Below, piece after piece: positions 15,001-27,682 of a stretch of 64,000 bases of DNA. Under the pieces are notes generated by a model. It did not search any database, was not told where the DNA came from, and worked only from the letters and a program-made list of their open reading frames with translations. Both the position numbers and the translations under genes were made by a program. The DNA comes from Raillietiella orientalis (taxonomy: Eukaryota): assembly GCA_036172245.1 (NCBI GenBank), contig JAYWIR010000034.1, forward strand, positions 1,240,001-1,304,000, in the 5' to 3' direction. Within the stretch, counting starts at the first letter, position 1. Each line of letters opens with the position of its first letter.

Positions 15001-15879
15001 TTAGAAACAGTAAAACGCAGACAGAGCGTTCCCCATGAAATCAGGAATAGCAGTGTGTTTGTATTTCGTTTTAAGTGTGGCAGCTGACCAACTGACAAGG
15101 AATTAAACGTTGATAATGAAACGTCTATGACACCTTTCTTTCCATAGAGCAAAGCAGACTGCATGTAAGTTAAAGCAAACGATTGTGCGAAGCATTATAC
15201 CGTCTACAAATGACCCCTTTCATATGCTTATATGAAAGAGTAGAAAGAAATGTTAACTATGACAACTACCTTATCTTTTTCTTATTCGTATTTTCTTTCC
15301 GGATTTTTCCTTGCTATGAACGGAATTTGTCTTTTTCAAAAAAAAAAAAAAAAAAACATTCTATGGAATAGTATTTCTGAAGGAACTTTCGTTTAGAGAA
15401 TTGGCATAGAAATGGTGAAAAGATACTCTAATAATGCAAGAACGTTTCAGTGGTTGGCGAATGCCTTAAGACTGCAATTAAAATAAACGCACTGCTCTTT
15501 TACTCAGTTTGTCATGTTGAAATTCCAGGGAAAGCAGTTCCTCCTCATGCAGCACAAAGAAACTCAGTGACAGAGACGCTGGAAAGGGAAATCAAGCGTC
15601 ATGATCAGATGGTGAATAGCACATGGTAGATAACTATGGGATTGTGTTCTTATACTCCTGTTATAGATTAATGAGAACAGAATTGAAAAACCCTTCGTTT
15701 CTACAATGCAAAAGAATTCGTTGTTTTTGCAGCAGTATCTCACAGCGGATGAAAAATTCATTGCTGATGCGTATCAAGAAAAACCACAAAACATTGATTT
15801 GGATGAAGAAATACAACCAGTGTATGATTCCGTTAGAATAGCTCTCCAGACGTTGTCTCCCCCTCCTACTCCTAACTAA
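852..15879 (+). CDS. MYT1: Myt1/ZTF-11-family C2HC zinc-finger transcription factor (3' portion, multi-exon; 5' end unresolved)
   Basis: Phase-consistent GT-AG exons ~852-1049, ~1120-1288, 1371-1481 ([29 protein letters not shown]), 4541-4600 ([21 protein letters not shown]), 10793-10927 ([28 protein letters not shown]) and probably 12155-12327. The terminal exon ~15733-15879 (..[24 protein letters not shown]) resembles invertebrate Myt1 C-termini. There are two canonical [26 protein letters not shown] fingers. Exons between 12.3 and 15.7 kb are uncertain. Confidence 0.85.
7601..8500 (-). mobile_element. Degenerate Ty3/Gypsy-like integrase remnant in a Myt1 intron
   Basis: Minus-strand translation with stops shows decayed rve-like motifs: [53 protein letters not shown]. 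No LTRs identified. Confidence 0.4.
12065..12098. repeat. (TG)n microsatellite
   Basis: Directly visible dinucleotide run. Confidence 0.95.
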
Positions 15880-18800
15880 GTATTAGATGTCATGAAGATT
15901 CCCTAGCAGGGTGGTCGTGTAGTTCTTCAGTAACTGAACTTCGAATTGTGAAATAAAATTCAAGGATCCGTTTCGATCCAAGTAACTATACTCATAGTTC
16001 TCCATGTCGTCGCCAATACGTTTCCTAAGTCCATGCAATCAGAATCTTTACACGAATACTCGATTAACCATTGATTTTATGTTTTAATGCATTGGGGATC
16101 CAAAAAGGAAAAAAAAAAAAAAAAAGCCGAGCTCGTGATGATTTCTTGCCGAAGATTTCTTTTCTGTGCAAAGGGACATGTAAATAGCTGACGGCGAAAA
16201 CGAACGGCCTTGCAGCACCTCTTTTGCTAGACAGTGCACAACTTGTGATTTTCAAAATCAAACAGGAAAACGAGGAAAGAAGGTAACATACGTTTGAAAA
16301 GAAATTATGTATAAGGGAAAAATTCATTTCGAAACTCAGTTGTATTATTGTATCTCCAATTTTGAAAACCTTTCGCTGCAAAAGCTGCATATGAACAGTA
16401 ATCAAATCGATTCCATAACTTCCATTTGCGACTCGATTACATTTGTACCGATAATTTGATTAGTTGCATAAGTACTTATTATTCCCGAAAGGGCTCGCTC
16501 GCTATAACACTAAAAGCCCCAGATGAAATGCCGTCGGATTTCTCATACAGCGGTAATTATGTAAGGAAAGTTAATTAAACTTCTTACAATACTTCCACGG
16601 CAGCTGACAACTGATTGATCGGTGAGCAACTTCTACATTCTATGACTCGATCAAAAAGGTGTGAAAGTGGTGGTGACGCCAACCGTAAGAAGCTGGGGCT
16701 CCTGCCGTGGGCTGGCTTCTCCAAGAAACTTGGTTGCCTGCACTTTGATGAAATGTGTTGTCCTGTATTCCATGCTTCATTTGGAACACAAGAATTCTGC
16801 ATTATTCTGCGTGGAGCAAACGAATAAGAGAATCCAAAATGATTATGTGCGCTGCGCTGCTCCACCAAAGAGGGTAAAGTGCACAGAGCAGAAGAGATGA
16901 CTGCAGATGACTTCCTCAGTTTGTATTGAAAACATGGCAAGCACTTGCCGAAAAGAAAAACCTAATCTTTGCTCCCCGCAACTTCATTCTTGCCCTTGGT
17001 TTTCCTTATACAGCATATGGTGAGGCCTATTGAACGTGCACAGAAACAGCAGCACGAAACAACGTTGAAAACTTTGCACTTAAAAAAACGAACCCTTTCA
17101 GTCAAAAAGAAAAACACACAAAATAGAGCAAATAGAGCAATGGCAAAAAGCTGAAACCCATGGAGGCCAACCAACATCCTCTAAGGGGAGACGGTCTTCA
17201 GGGGTTCGTTTCGAAACCCACCCTTTTCGACTAGCGTTGTGCTAAATAACTGAAAAATTTCTGCCTTCTTTCAGTTCACTTTTTGTCTTGTATACCTCGC
17301 ATCGATTGTGAATCACTACTATTTTTCAACGAGCAGTCACGTGCCAAAGGTACCCGTTCTTTCGCTTCGTTTTTGCTGAACCTCTTCAGTCAAATTCACC
17401 CATGAAACACTTTTCCATTTTGCCGTTTTTCCTTCAAATTGCTGTTGAAGAGAAACGATCTCGAGACAGGACCTTTTCGTCTCCAACTACTCACTTTGCA
17501 TCAATTACTTTTGTGAATTTCCACAAATATTCTTTGACCTCCACTTCCAGTGTTTAGAAATTCACACTGGAATAAGTTCAACAGAATGGCAGTCAAGATA
17601 ATTAAAGGAATCCACGTATCTTATGTGCCACTTGCTAATGTACTTTTCCTGTGCCAACTAAACATGCACTGATATTCTCTAAAAGGTATTTCCAACTTTT
17701 GCTGGTTTGCTGATTCCAATCTTTATTTTAGCTTTCAATTTACATGCAAATTTAGTCTCTAATTAAATCGCGACGCTCGCGAAGACATTTTTCTTAGCTT
17801 TCCCGTGCGATTTCCCCATTCGTCATAGTTTAAATTGGGGTCGACAAATACTTCTGCCCCGCAAATCGTTCCAGGAACTGCAATTTTACGTGAGATGGTT
17901 AGGTTCGGTTTACAGTTTCATGATCCGTATTCGTCACATATCGTTGATGATGACGACGTGTTCCTTTCCTTTTTCTCCTTCGATTTGATGGACCTTCTGG
18001 TACGATCGGCAAGCTCTGACAACTGTCAACGCATCTTGCTTTTTGCTCCGTTTCCGGAACAAGCTTGATTTCGTTTTGAACTTTTCAATGCACAAACAAA
18101 GTCCATCCGGAAACCTGGTAATCTTTTCTACAGTGTGATCTTCAAGAAGGAACCACGGTCCAGATGCACTCTCCAAACAGTAAGTTGTTGTTATCACGCT
18201 AACCGCATGTGCAAGAAGTCTTCATTTTCCCATAAACAATTTCCTGAACATGAGTGGTTAACAGTTGATATAATTTCGGGACCCAGCAGCTACGTAATAA
18301 CAACGTCATGCTTTACCATTCGAACACCTAATCTTTGATTTGACTTGACTTCAAGAAGAAGAAAAAGTCATGCCCTAAAAACGCAAGTTCGCGCAAGCCT
18401 TTGCTTGCTCGTAGAGAAGACAACATGCCGTCGTTTCCCATTTCCACAGACTCCGATTAAAGCAAAGATGGGAGAATGTAATGCGAATAGCCTCGTTTCG
18501 ATAAGTTCCTATCAGGGCTCGACAGTTTGGTTTAGAGCGTATGCCACGCTTTCTTCTTCCAACTTCCGGGGAGAGTCCACTTCCTCTGCATCACGAATGG
18601 TACCTTTACTTACGATCTGCAGCGTTGTCAAGAAAACGCACTCTCCATCCAAACTTTATCACAAAACTGTAAGCTGAAGATTATCAGCTCAGAATTGCGC
18701 CAAGCTAGCAGGGACATGCAATCTCACGAACCGCTCTAATCATTTCGTAGTGGCTTTGCCTTCTACAATCGTTCTATTTTCGTTCAATAAACATAGAATA

Positions 18801-21343
18801 GTGTTCTTCCGCGAAGAAGCCACGAGAATCCGTTGAGCCATTCTGGGAAGAGGAAAAGAAAAAAAAAAAAAAAAAAAAAACGAGACACACACACACTTAC
18901 ATAGATGAATTCCATTTTTGGCTTTTCGATCCAAAATTTCTGCTCCATCGCAAGCAGCCTTACGTTTCAAAGGAACATCACGGCAATTATTTCGATTTTG
19001 TTTTACGTTCTTTGGAAGATCAAGTCAGCAAGAAAAAGAATCTTCATAGTTGCACTGTCTGTGCTGAACATAAGTATCACATATTGGCAATGCCAAGCTC
19101 TGAAGGAGCCTAGTAGTTAAATAAGCCAGTTAAATAAGAAACTACGACAAATTATCGTCTGTATTTCGAAAGCGAAAGTAAAGAACACGTCTGCTAAAAT
19201 AATACTTTTGGATATTCGGTTCGCACTGAGAGTTCTCGAACAAAAGACTGTTATTTTTATAAAAATCAAAGGTTAAACAAGATCGTGGAAAAAAGTGTTC
19301 TGCATGAATTCTGTGCGCGTTTGTTCCTAAAAAAAAAATGCACTCTTAGGTCAATCCCGACTCCGATATGCATTTTCCACACACAATTTGCACGTATTCA
19401 GCAATCTTGCGATTGTAAATTGGATGATTCCGAAGATCTTTGTTCCTTCAATATAAGAGATTGCTCGAAACACAAGATCAGTGGAAATGTGTCGCAAACG
19501 ACTTCAGTAGAAACCCAAAAATAAAATTACTTGCAATCCAAAAAAAAAAGAAAAAAAGTGAAATTCGGTGTTGCATTAATTTACAACTTCGCACAATCCC
19601 TGTGGCTCCACTCGATCAAGTGTTTTTAATTGACGTACCAACTTTTTCAATTGAGGATATACCTTTTGAGCTGTACACTATCTTGTCACAGGCCAGTGCT
19701 TATTTCTAAGAATTGTAAGCGCAAAATCGTAAACACTTTCCTCTTCAGATAATTTTGCCACGCACGTCTCAGCCACCACACTAAGTTAAGCGACACTTCC
19801 TTGAAGTTCATTAATTTCTTCTCCATGCAAAAAGGAAGGAAATGCTGAAAAATTCATTCTAGGATTTCCGATAGAGAGTTCCATGCAACACTTACTGAAT
19901 TTAGAAATGTACGTGCTGTTCGAATCTTTCTTTAAATGTAGGATTGAATGAAATATGGAGTTTGCGATGTCAACTAAGTTTCTCTTATCAAAGAAGCCAT
20001 CCACTTGAGATCCGCTGGACCGTTACGTTACTTTCAATTTCTTTGAGAGTATAGAAAACGTTGAGATCTTTTTTTTCTGGTCATTCAATTTCGTTCCGAC
20101 TAAATGAAACGTTAAATTTTAATATGAAAAAACGTTTTTGCATAATACTAGGGACAAAGTGACGACAGAAGAGACTCCGAAGAACAAAACTTTGAAGAAG
20201 AACTTCTTTTGAAATCATTCGTTTACACTTTATCTAAGTGTAACAAAGATGGTTAACTTTTCGTAGACATTTGGATCCTTCCCATCTTACTGTATTGCCA
20301 ACATGTATAATATAATATGTATCAAAACGATTACCATTTTAATACCCTTTCGAACTGTATACTCTACTCCACACACATACTGTGTTTTCAATTATGTATA
20401 CTATATATCATATCAGATTATTTTATTTTATTTTTTTGAAGAATGTGATGTGATTGGGCTCACAATTGGAAAGATCATTGGTATAACCCATCAGTCGAAG
20501 AAACAAGGATAAAGATCAACTGAAGAGACGATACACAATATTAGAAAATACTCGGATACTGTATGAAAATATATTCATAAGATCATGAAGGGAAGTACAA
20601 AGCGTGGTGACAAAGAATGTCACCACACTTTGTGCACACATTTTGAATTTCATGACTTCAAATGTGCTCTCTGCTTTCAAAGGCAACGTTTCGACTCCGT
20701 GATGCTTCTTCCAGGAAGAAGGTCAGAGCTACGAAATGTAAAGTACTGAAGACTGAGTTTTGCAAATGTTGAGAACTCCGAAACCGTATCTCACACAAAT
20801 GGTGAATTACTTCCGTTCGTCAGTTCACGAAATACACCTGGAGACGGAGTATCTATGAAACACATCCGAAACCTGCACGGATCAGAGATGTTTTCCTACG
20901 CACTCCATGTGGTTATAAGTACGAAAACAGAGTCTTAAAAACATGAAAACAAATAAGTTCTCTTCCCTTTCTCCGGAAATTTTTTTCGGTCGCTGTAGAA
21001 CATCGGGAACACGCACGGTGGAAAGAGAAAAATCAGGATGCCCTTCTCTTTCCTAACCCCACGTAAAACCAGATGCTCAAAAAAGAGAGAAAAATTCACT
21101 CGGTGATACGAAATATCAGTGCAATCTGTATGATGAAACACTACCAACTTAATAATTTATTGAGACATCTGAAGCGAGGAATCAAAGAATTTACAGCCAG
21201 ATTTGCAGACGAAAGGACTTCTAAGATCAATTGCGCCAATGTGTCGGTTGTTTTCGGATGCTGGATACACTAAAAAAAAAAAAAAAAAAAAAAAACAGAA
21301 CGAAACAGACACACTGCAGTCGGTAAGGAAGCAAAAACCCACC

Positions 21344-24300
21344 TTAAACGAGCAGACGCTCGCGGACGAAATGGCGGAGCTGCCCGTAGGCCTCTTCTAC
21401 GGAATTGTTGACGACGATGCAGTCGAAGTTCCCTGCCTGTAGGCCTGGAATTAACCACAGAGGAAAGTCAGAAAGTGTTCTGAAGGACTGCTGAGAAAGA
21501 AAGAAAGTACGCGACATTGAAAGTGCACAGTGTGTGGTCTCTTTTTTTCTTCTTTTGCCCCTAATGTGATGCCGACGTGAACGTGTTTACCCAGACGGCG
21601 ACAAGTTCTCTTCTGAAGGAAACACTTTCGAGCACAAACAGATCAAAGAGTCTGACGAATGTGTTGGCTTCTATAAAATGAACAGTTTTTTCAAAATCGC
21701 ACACAGGTCATTGCAATGCGTGTAATTTGCAAGTTATACGTGCAACTTTTTTCTTTCCACTGCCGACAATAAATAAAATAATTTGTCATACTAGTTACGA
21801 TGTTGAGTTTTAAATAATACGTGCGTAGCAGACTTTTATTTCAAAAGAAAAAAGAATTCATTTTCTAGAAGCCAAAGCATTCATCAGAATCTTCGATCCG
21901 TTTGCGTTCGAAAGTATTTATCAAACTGCACTGCAATTTTAACCCCTGCAGAGTCGATGGTGATAAATGATAATTAATTAGAGTGATAATATATTCCTGT
22001 GTACCATCCGCATTCTGAGATGTATTCTGTTTAATGAATCTTTCTCTAGTTACCAATTATGATTTACTTCTCGATTACTTAATTATTTTACAAAATGGAA
22101 GAATACTTTCGAAAATAACTCTTGCTTATTAATAATCGTTGAAAGATAACCGCAAGTTCGTAATGATTACAGGGATTTACTCATCGATGCAGATTTCAAA
22201 GCACTTGTCTTTTTTTTATCCTCTTTTGATTCCTAATATCTCGAGAAACTCGAGAGAGTTTTCAAGTTATCCACGCAAGATAATTCCCGCATATTATGGA
22301 TAGGTCATCGTGTCGGAACACCTATCGACTGAACCTGAGGATTATGCCATCATCAAAACGTGGTTCTTTAATTACAATATGTGTCAATTGTAATATTAGG
22401 ATACAATTAATTCTCGGTCCTATGAATTCCTCTATCGTTGGAATGCCTCGTCATCTGACGGGAATTCAAAGAAGTGTACTCTCACCGCACTCTCAGCACA
22501 ATAATTTGATGAATATTTAAACACTTAAGTTTTCGCGATTGGTGCCTATTGGTGCCATTTGTAAATCAGCTGTTTACGTTTATTTGCACTTTTTCGCTCA
22601 GTTGGAAATCAATTCATCCATTCTGCAAGATGTACACAACAGCACATACAGATTCCACGAAAAAAATTGTAATTACTGCACCAGTGCCATCAGAAACATT
22701 AAGATCCAGCTGGTTTTCGTATTTTCAAACTCAAGGGTCCACATTACCGCATATGTAAGCAAGCACAAACACACAAAATTACATTTGAAATGATAGGGTG
22801 AAGTAATCCGATGCATCCTTTTGAGATTACAACTGCCCATCAAGACAGAACAAAATGCATTAACGTGGTGTGCGCCAGTTTTGCTACACTAAGGCAAAAA
22901 GTAAATAAGCAGTAACCAAGACAGTGATCTTATTAAATGGGAATAATTGCCTAACTGAAAGGAAAAAAAAAAAGAATGCATGCGAACAGAATGAGTGAGA
23001 AAAATTGTAAATACAGGCTCTGCACTTTTTTAAAGAAAAAACTGTGGTGACTGTTTCTTTTTGTTTTCTTCTTTTTACATGCCTAGCTCATGACTTATGG
23101 AAAAAGTGAATCCTAGTACTGTAATGAATGTACTCAAAATATATGAACTCTGTTAGAGTCTCACATATTCAAATCGTTCATCAGAAAAAACGGGTATCAG
23201 TACTGATGAAGGACAACATTTTCTTCACATGTAAGTTGTATAAAACAGCTGTAAAAAGAAGCTGCCACAAGAACATTAGCACTAAAAATGATTCAATTAT
23301 GAGGTTTTGAATAGACAGAATGTACCATATGCTATCTCCTCTTTAGCAACTTGCAATCTTTTTTGAAGACTGTTTTCAGTTTCGGTTCCACGATCCTTCA
23401 GTCTTTGCATTAACACTTCTTCAGAAGGAGGTCTGATGAACACATAAACAGCTTCCAGCCCGGACTCCTTTAGTTGTTTTACCCCTTGCGTGTCGATATC
23501 CAGCAGGCATATTTTCCCGGAATTCATTATTTCTTCGACGTGGTCCTTTCTGAAAATGAGATACGAATGAGATAAACCTTTTATCTGCAAAAGCTACTGC
23601 GACGCCAACAAGTGTTTGAAATTCCAACGTTCGATTTGGTGCTGATGCATCAAATGTAAATTAAATGGAATAATATGAAAAAAGCATGGAGCAGTAACAT
23701 GCGACGATGTAAAATGACACCAGAAGAAGACGGGAGCAAGTAGGCAAAGATGAGATTTGAAAAATTTCCGTAGGATCAGAATAATACAGAGCATCACCCA
23801 GGAAAAGTAAAGCCACGTCTACTGGGTCCGACCCACAAACTTCTGGATAGGTCGGATACGAAACAACTTTGATGTAAACAAAAAAAAACAAAATCCTGGG
23901 ATGAAAGTAAAAACAAACCGCCGTTCCCTTGGATGTCCAATTTGCGAAGGAAAGCAGCAGCACGCTGTGGCAAACTGTCTGTGCTGAAAGTACCTCAAAA
24001 CGGAAAGACATACATTTGGGTAAAAAAATGTACACATTTTTATTTCGTCCCCTTCCTCCAAAGACGAAAAACGAACTGTGACCATCTGCGTGTTGAGACT
24101 GCGAACGGAGCATTGGATGCTTCCTGATGGAAAACATTCGCAATTTTGAGAAGCACAGATTGAGAGGAAAATCGTCAAATTCTGCGATGAAGTGCACGTG
24201 AACCGGCCTTATCAACATAGCGTAATCACAAAGGAAAAAAAATGTGTATGATGAGCACCGTGTACAATATGAAAAATAAGTGCAAACGATGTCTCTCAAT

Positions 24301-25111
24301 AACAGTTTCTGAGAACGAAACGGAAAATAACGTAAACGGAATGAAAACAGCACGGAGGGAACGAACGGAAGGATTCTCCGTAAAGTTCAAACCGTAAATC
24401 AATGCTCACTTTGAAAAGGCAACTCCTGAAGAGCACAAAAACAACGCGTCTCGAATGTTTTTTATACGGTCAAAACGTCGACTGCATTCATAAACAGACA
24501 GATACGTTTATGGGTCAGAGGCATACGTTTTTGTATTATGCATGCTACTATTACATTCACATTCGTATCATTAACGTGAAAAATGCAATTTCTTTCCAAC
24601 TCTTATGCAAACATGCGAAGACAACGTGTTCCTACTGGGAATGAGAATAACGAAATATATGCACTTTGGATTACAAAACGGAAAACAAAAAAAAAAAGCA
24701 CATACAAATGAATGGCAAGGGGAGACTCTACACTCGTGAATTTGTTTGAACAGCAAACTATTCGCCTTCCATCAATTATTAGGACAACATCGATTGTAAT
24801 CACATTACAAAGAAACATAAATGATTTTCAAGTTTAGTGAAGGTGAAGTCATCTCTTTACCTTGTTCCATATAAGTTCCCAGAAAATTCAGCATACTCTA
24901 AAAACTTTCCACTTTTGATTTCCTGTTCCATAGTATCACGATTTAAGAAGAAATATTCTCGCCCATGCTCTTCGCCACTCCTAGGTGGTCTGCTTGTGCA
25001 AGAAATGGAGAAGGAGATGTGTTTTTCAAATTCCGAGAGAAGGAGTTTTATCAGGGTGGACTTCCCAGCTCCCGACGGCCCACAAATAACCAAAGGTTTC
25101 AACTTGTTCAT
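21344..25111 (-). CDS. GUK1: Guanylate kinase
   Basis: Exons 25111-24861 (MNKLKPLVICGPSGAGKSTL P-loop, TSRPPRSGEEHGREYFF, FLEYAEFSGNLYGT), 23549-23326 (LLDIDTQG, VFIRPPS, RLKDRGTE) and 21444-21344 (GLQAGNFDCIVVNNSVEEAYGQLRHFVRERLLV*). All introns are GT-AG and preserve frame. Confidence 0.95.
21620..21919. mobile_element. MITE-like element / 63-bp imperfect inverted repeat in the last GUK1 intron
   Basis: 21620-21682 matches the reverse complement of 21857-21919 at 53 of 63 positions (hand count), with an AT-rich spacer. Confidence 0.65.
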
Positions 25112-27682
25112 TATTCGAATGCGCGAGATTGTATTGTATAATGATAGTAACCTAGAACAACAAAAATTGTAACGCCATTAGTACAGAATTGCAAACGAAT
25201 GTTACAACACAAGACAAAAATATAATTATTAGTAGTAGTAGTGAATAGATATGGAGGAGACAGGTGAAAAAACGGATTCTTGAAAAATTCAGATTGCCCC
25301 ATTTATTCACGTTCACAATATGGAATGAATCAAATTCTGATCAAACGAATTCTTACCTTTTGACTTTATAGAATGCAAGCAAATAGATGCAGCTCACACA
25401 AGATGAGATACATGTAACATTCCTGAACTAGCCAGCATGTGAATGATGAATAGCGTGAGATTAACAAGTCAAACAATTATCGAGACTTTTCTCAAAAATC
25501 GATAGAGTAGATCCAAGCAGATCCCGTTTTCCACGTAAAATCCCGTTTTTTCTTTTAGGAGAGAAATTCTGAAACTGAATTTTAGGAAAGTCAGTATCGG
25601 AATTTCATCTTATGGTACGCAACAACTTAACGAGTAATCTTTGATTCGAACAAGAAACAGCCCGCGAGTCACCTTGCAGTTTCGTGTCTTTTTATTACTA
25701 CTACTACTACGACTACTACTACGAGTGTTTCAGGTGCTCTATGGGAGAACGACTAAATCAGGTGAAACATACGTATCTTCAGAACATAGTGTAAAAAAGT
25801 GCATAACTAAAAGTACATAAGTAAAACAAACAAAAAAAAACAAAAAATGGAATGGAGTGCGAGAATCTTTTGCATTTTATCAGACCGTAACCGACGGATT
25901 TTGGAGCACAGACGGATTTCTGCAACCTCAGTACAGATCACGCAAATGGGATCTTAACGATTGCTGAAATCGATCGACACCGCTAATCCCTTCGTAGGAA
26001 CACGTAATTCCCTACTTGGGTAGGGAATAGGAGAAGAACTGCAAAATCCTTAAATAATTGTGCTTCAGGTAAAAGAGAAACGAGGAATCTTTTAAGGGTT
26101 TCACATATTCCGAGATCAGATGATGCAAAACCACGCACTGAGAAGAGTGCTACGTATTTACTCAAATCTAGATAGAATCTTAGATACTAACTTGTGCACC
26201 GCAAAACGATGCTTAATAATACATATGAATAATAGGAACGCTGCAAAAAAAAAAAAAAAAAAGAACCCAGTTATTACTGTTGTTCCGTATTCGGGTCGAT
26301 TTCGATTCCTTAGCAATCCCAATGTGGCTTTCCTCGGGGCACTTTTAATGAAATACACATAGCCATGCATCGAGTTCAAGATATTCACACTACAGTACAG
26401 TACAAGAAATAAATTGCGTTCTCATGACAATGCTTCTTCATGAATCCAAAAATGATCATTACACTCACACTCATTGGAAGCTTACTTGTAGATGCTGATG
26501 ATGCTCCAAACCAGAAAATGCTTATGTTTGATAAAATCGAATACAAATTGTGAATGGAGTTCAGGTATGCAATATCCTCAACACAAAACAGACAGAAGAA
26601 ACACAAAACGGAGAGATGAAACACAGACAAAAGGGACTGATTACGATCACGAAATGTTTTCACTCTATACTACGAGAATTCTACTTTTATACGATCAAAA
26701 TCATAGTTTGCAAAAATAGAGACGGATTCAGAATCGTTATAAGAGACTTGGAGAGAAAACAGCTTCCATCACAGCGGTCTTCCACTCTACCTCGAAAAAA
26801 TAAAAGGAAAACCATGCAAAATTAGAAGGGAAAATGCAACGATGACAACACACATAATGTTTCCATGAAGTTGACATTTTTTGTCATTCAAGGTAAAGAG
26901 AATATACGAACATACGAAAATTAATCATTCGGCTCACTGTTTCGTTAACCAAAATAAAAAGCTCTGTTCAAATCATTCATTTTGAAACATCACAGAGAAA
27001 CTGCCTCTCTAGCCCAAAATGAATCCAGTTTACAAGAGCACGTTATGATGAATCCATCGAAGAAAACTTCCGCAGCATCAGCTATTTTACTGTAAAAATT
27101 CTCAGGTGTGAGGAATGATAGCATGTGTCTGCTGTTCAACATAAAAATGTGAATTGCTACAGCTCATCCAGCCTTATAAAACCAAAAGCTTTCTTTAACT
27201 CATGCTTTCCTTTATGCTTACCGAATAAATTCCATTACCGAAGAATGAAAAATTTTCAGTTTCCGACAAAGCCGCAGAAATTATCGAAAAGATATAAAGA
27301 AAGGAGGAGGGGGGAAAATTCGAAAGCTGGATGTTTACTCATCTTATTGACTGATAAAATGACCCAAGAAATGAAAAAACAGAACTAATATTGCACAACT
27401 TCCTCGCTACACTTCATTAAAGGAGAACACGGACGAGCACTCTAAGGGGAGAAGTTTCGACAACGAAATGGAATGCTACGATAGAACAGCAGCTCGTGTG
27501 ATGTATCAGCTCGTGATGTATCAGCTTGTGATCGGTGTCAGTCCTGTGGATCAAGAAACATACACACATCATGTATTGTGATTTATCACATCAAACAATT
27601 ATTGCGAGTCTTGTGCTGAACAATTTACTGAAAACGAAGTTTGTGAATTTGCATTCTACAATCAGACTCCACATCAGAAATA

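Noticed and set aside
23661..24353. 230-aa ORF as a nested gene
   Set aside because: F/C/L-rich translation of T-rich GUK1 intron sequence with no recognisable domain.
27488..27532. CRISPR-like or functional repeat (CAGCTCGTGATGTAT x3)
   Set aside because: Simple tandem duplication without spacers in a eukaryotic locus.
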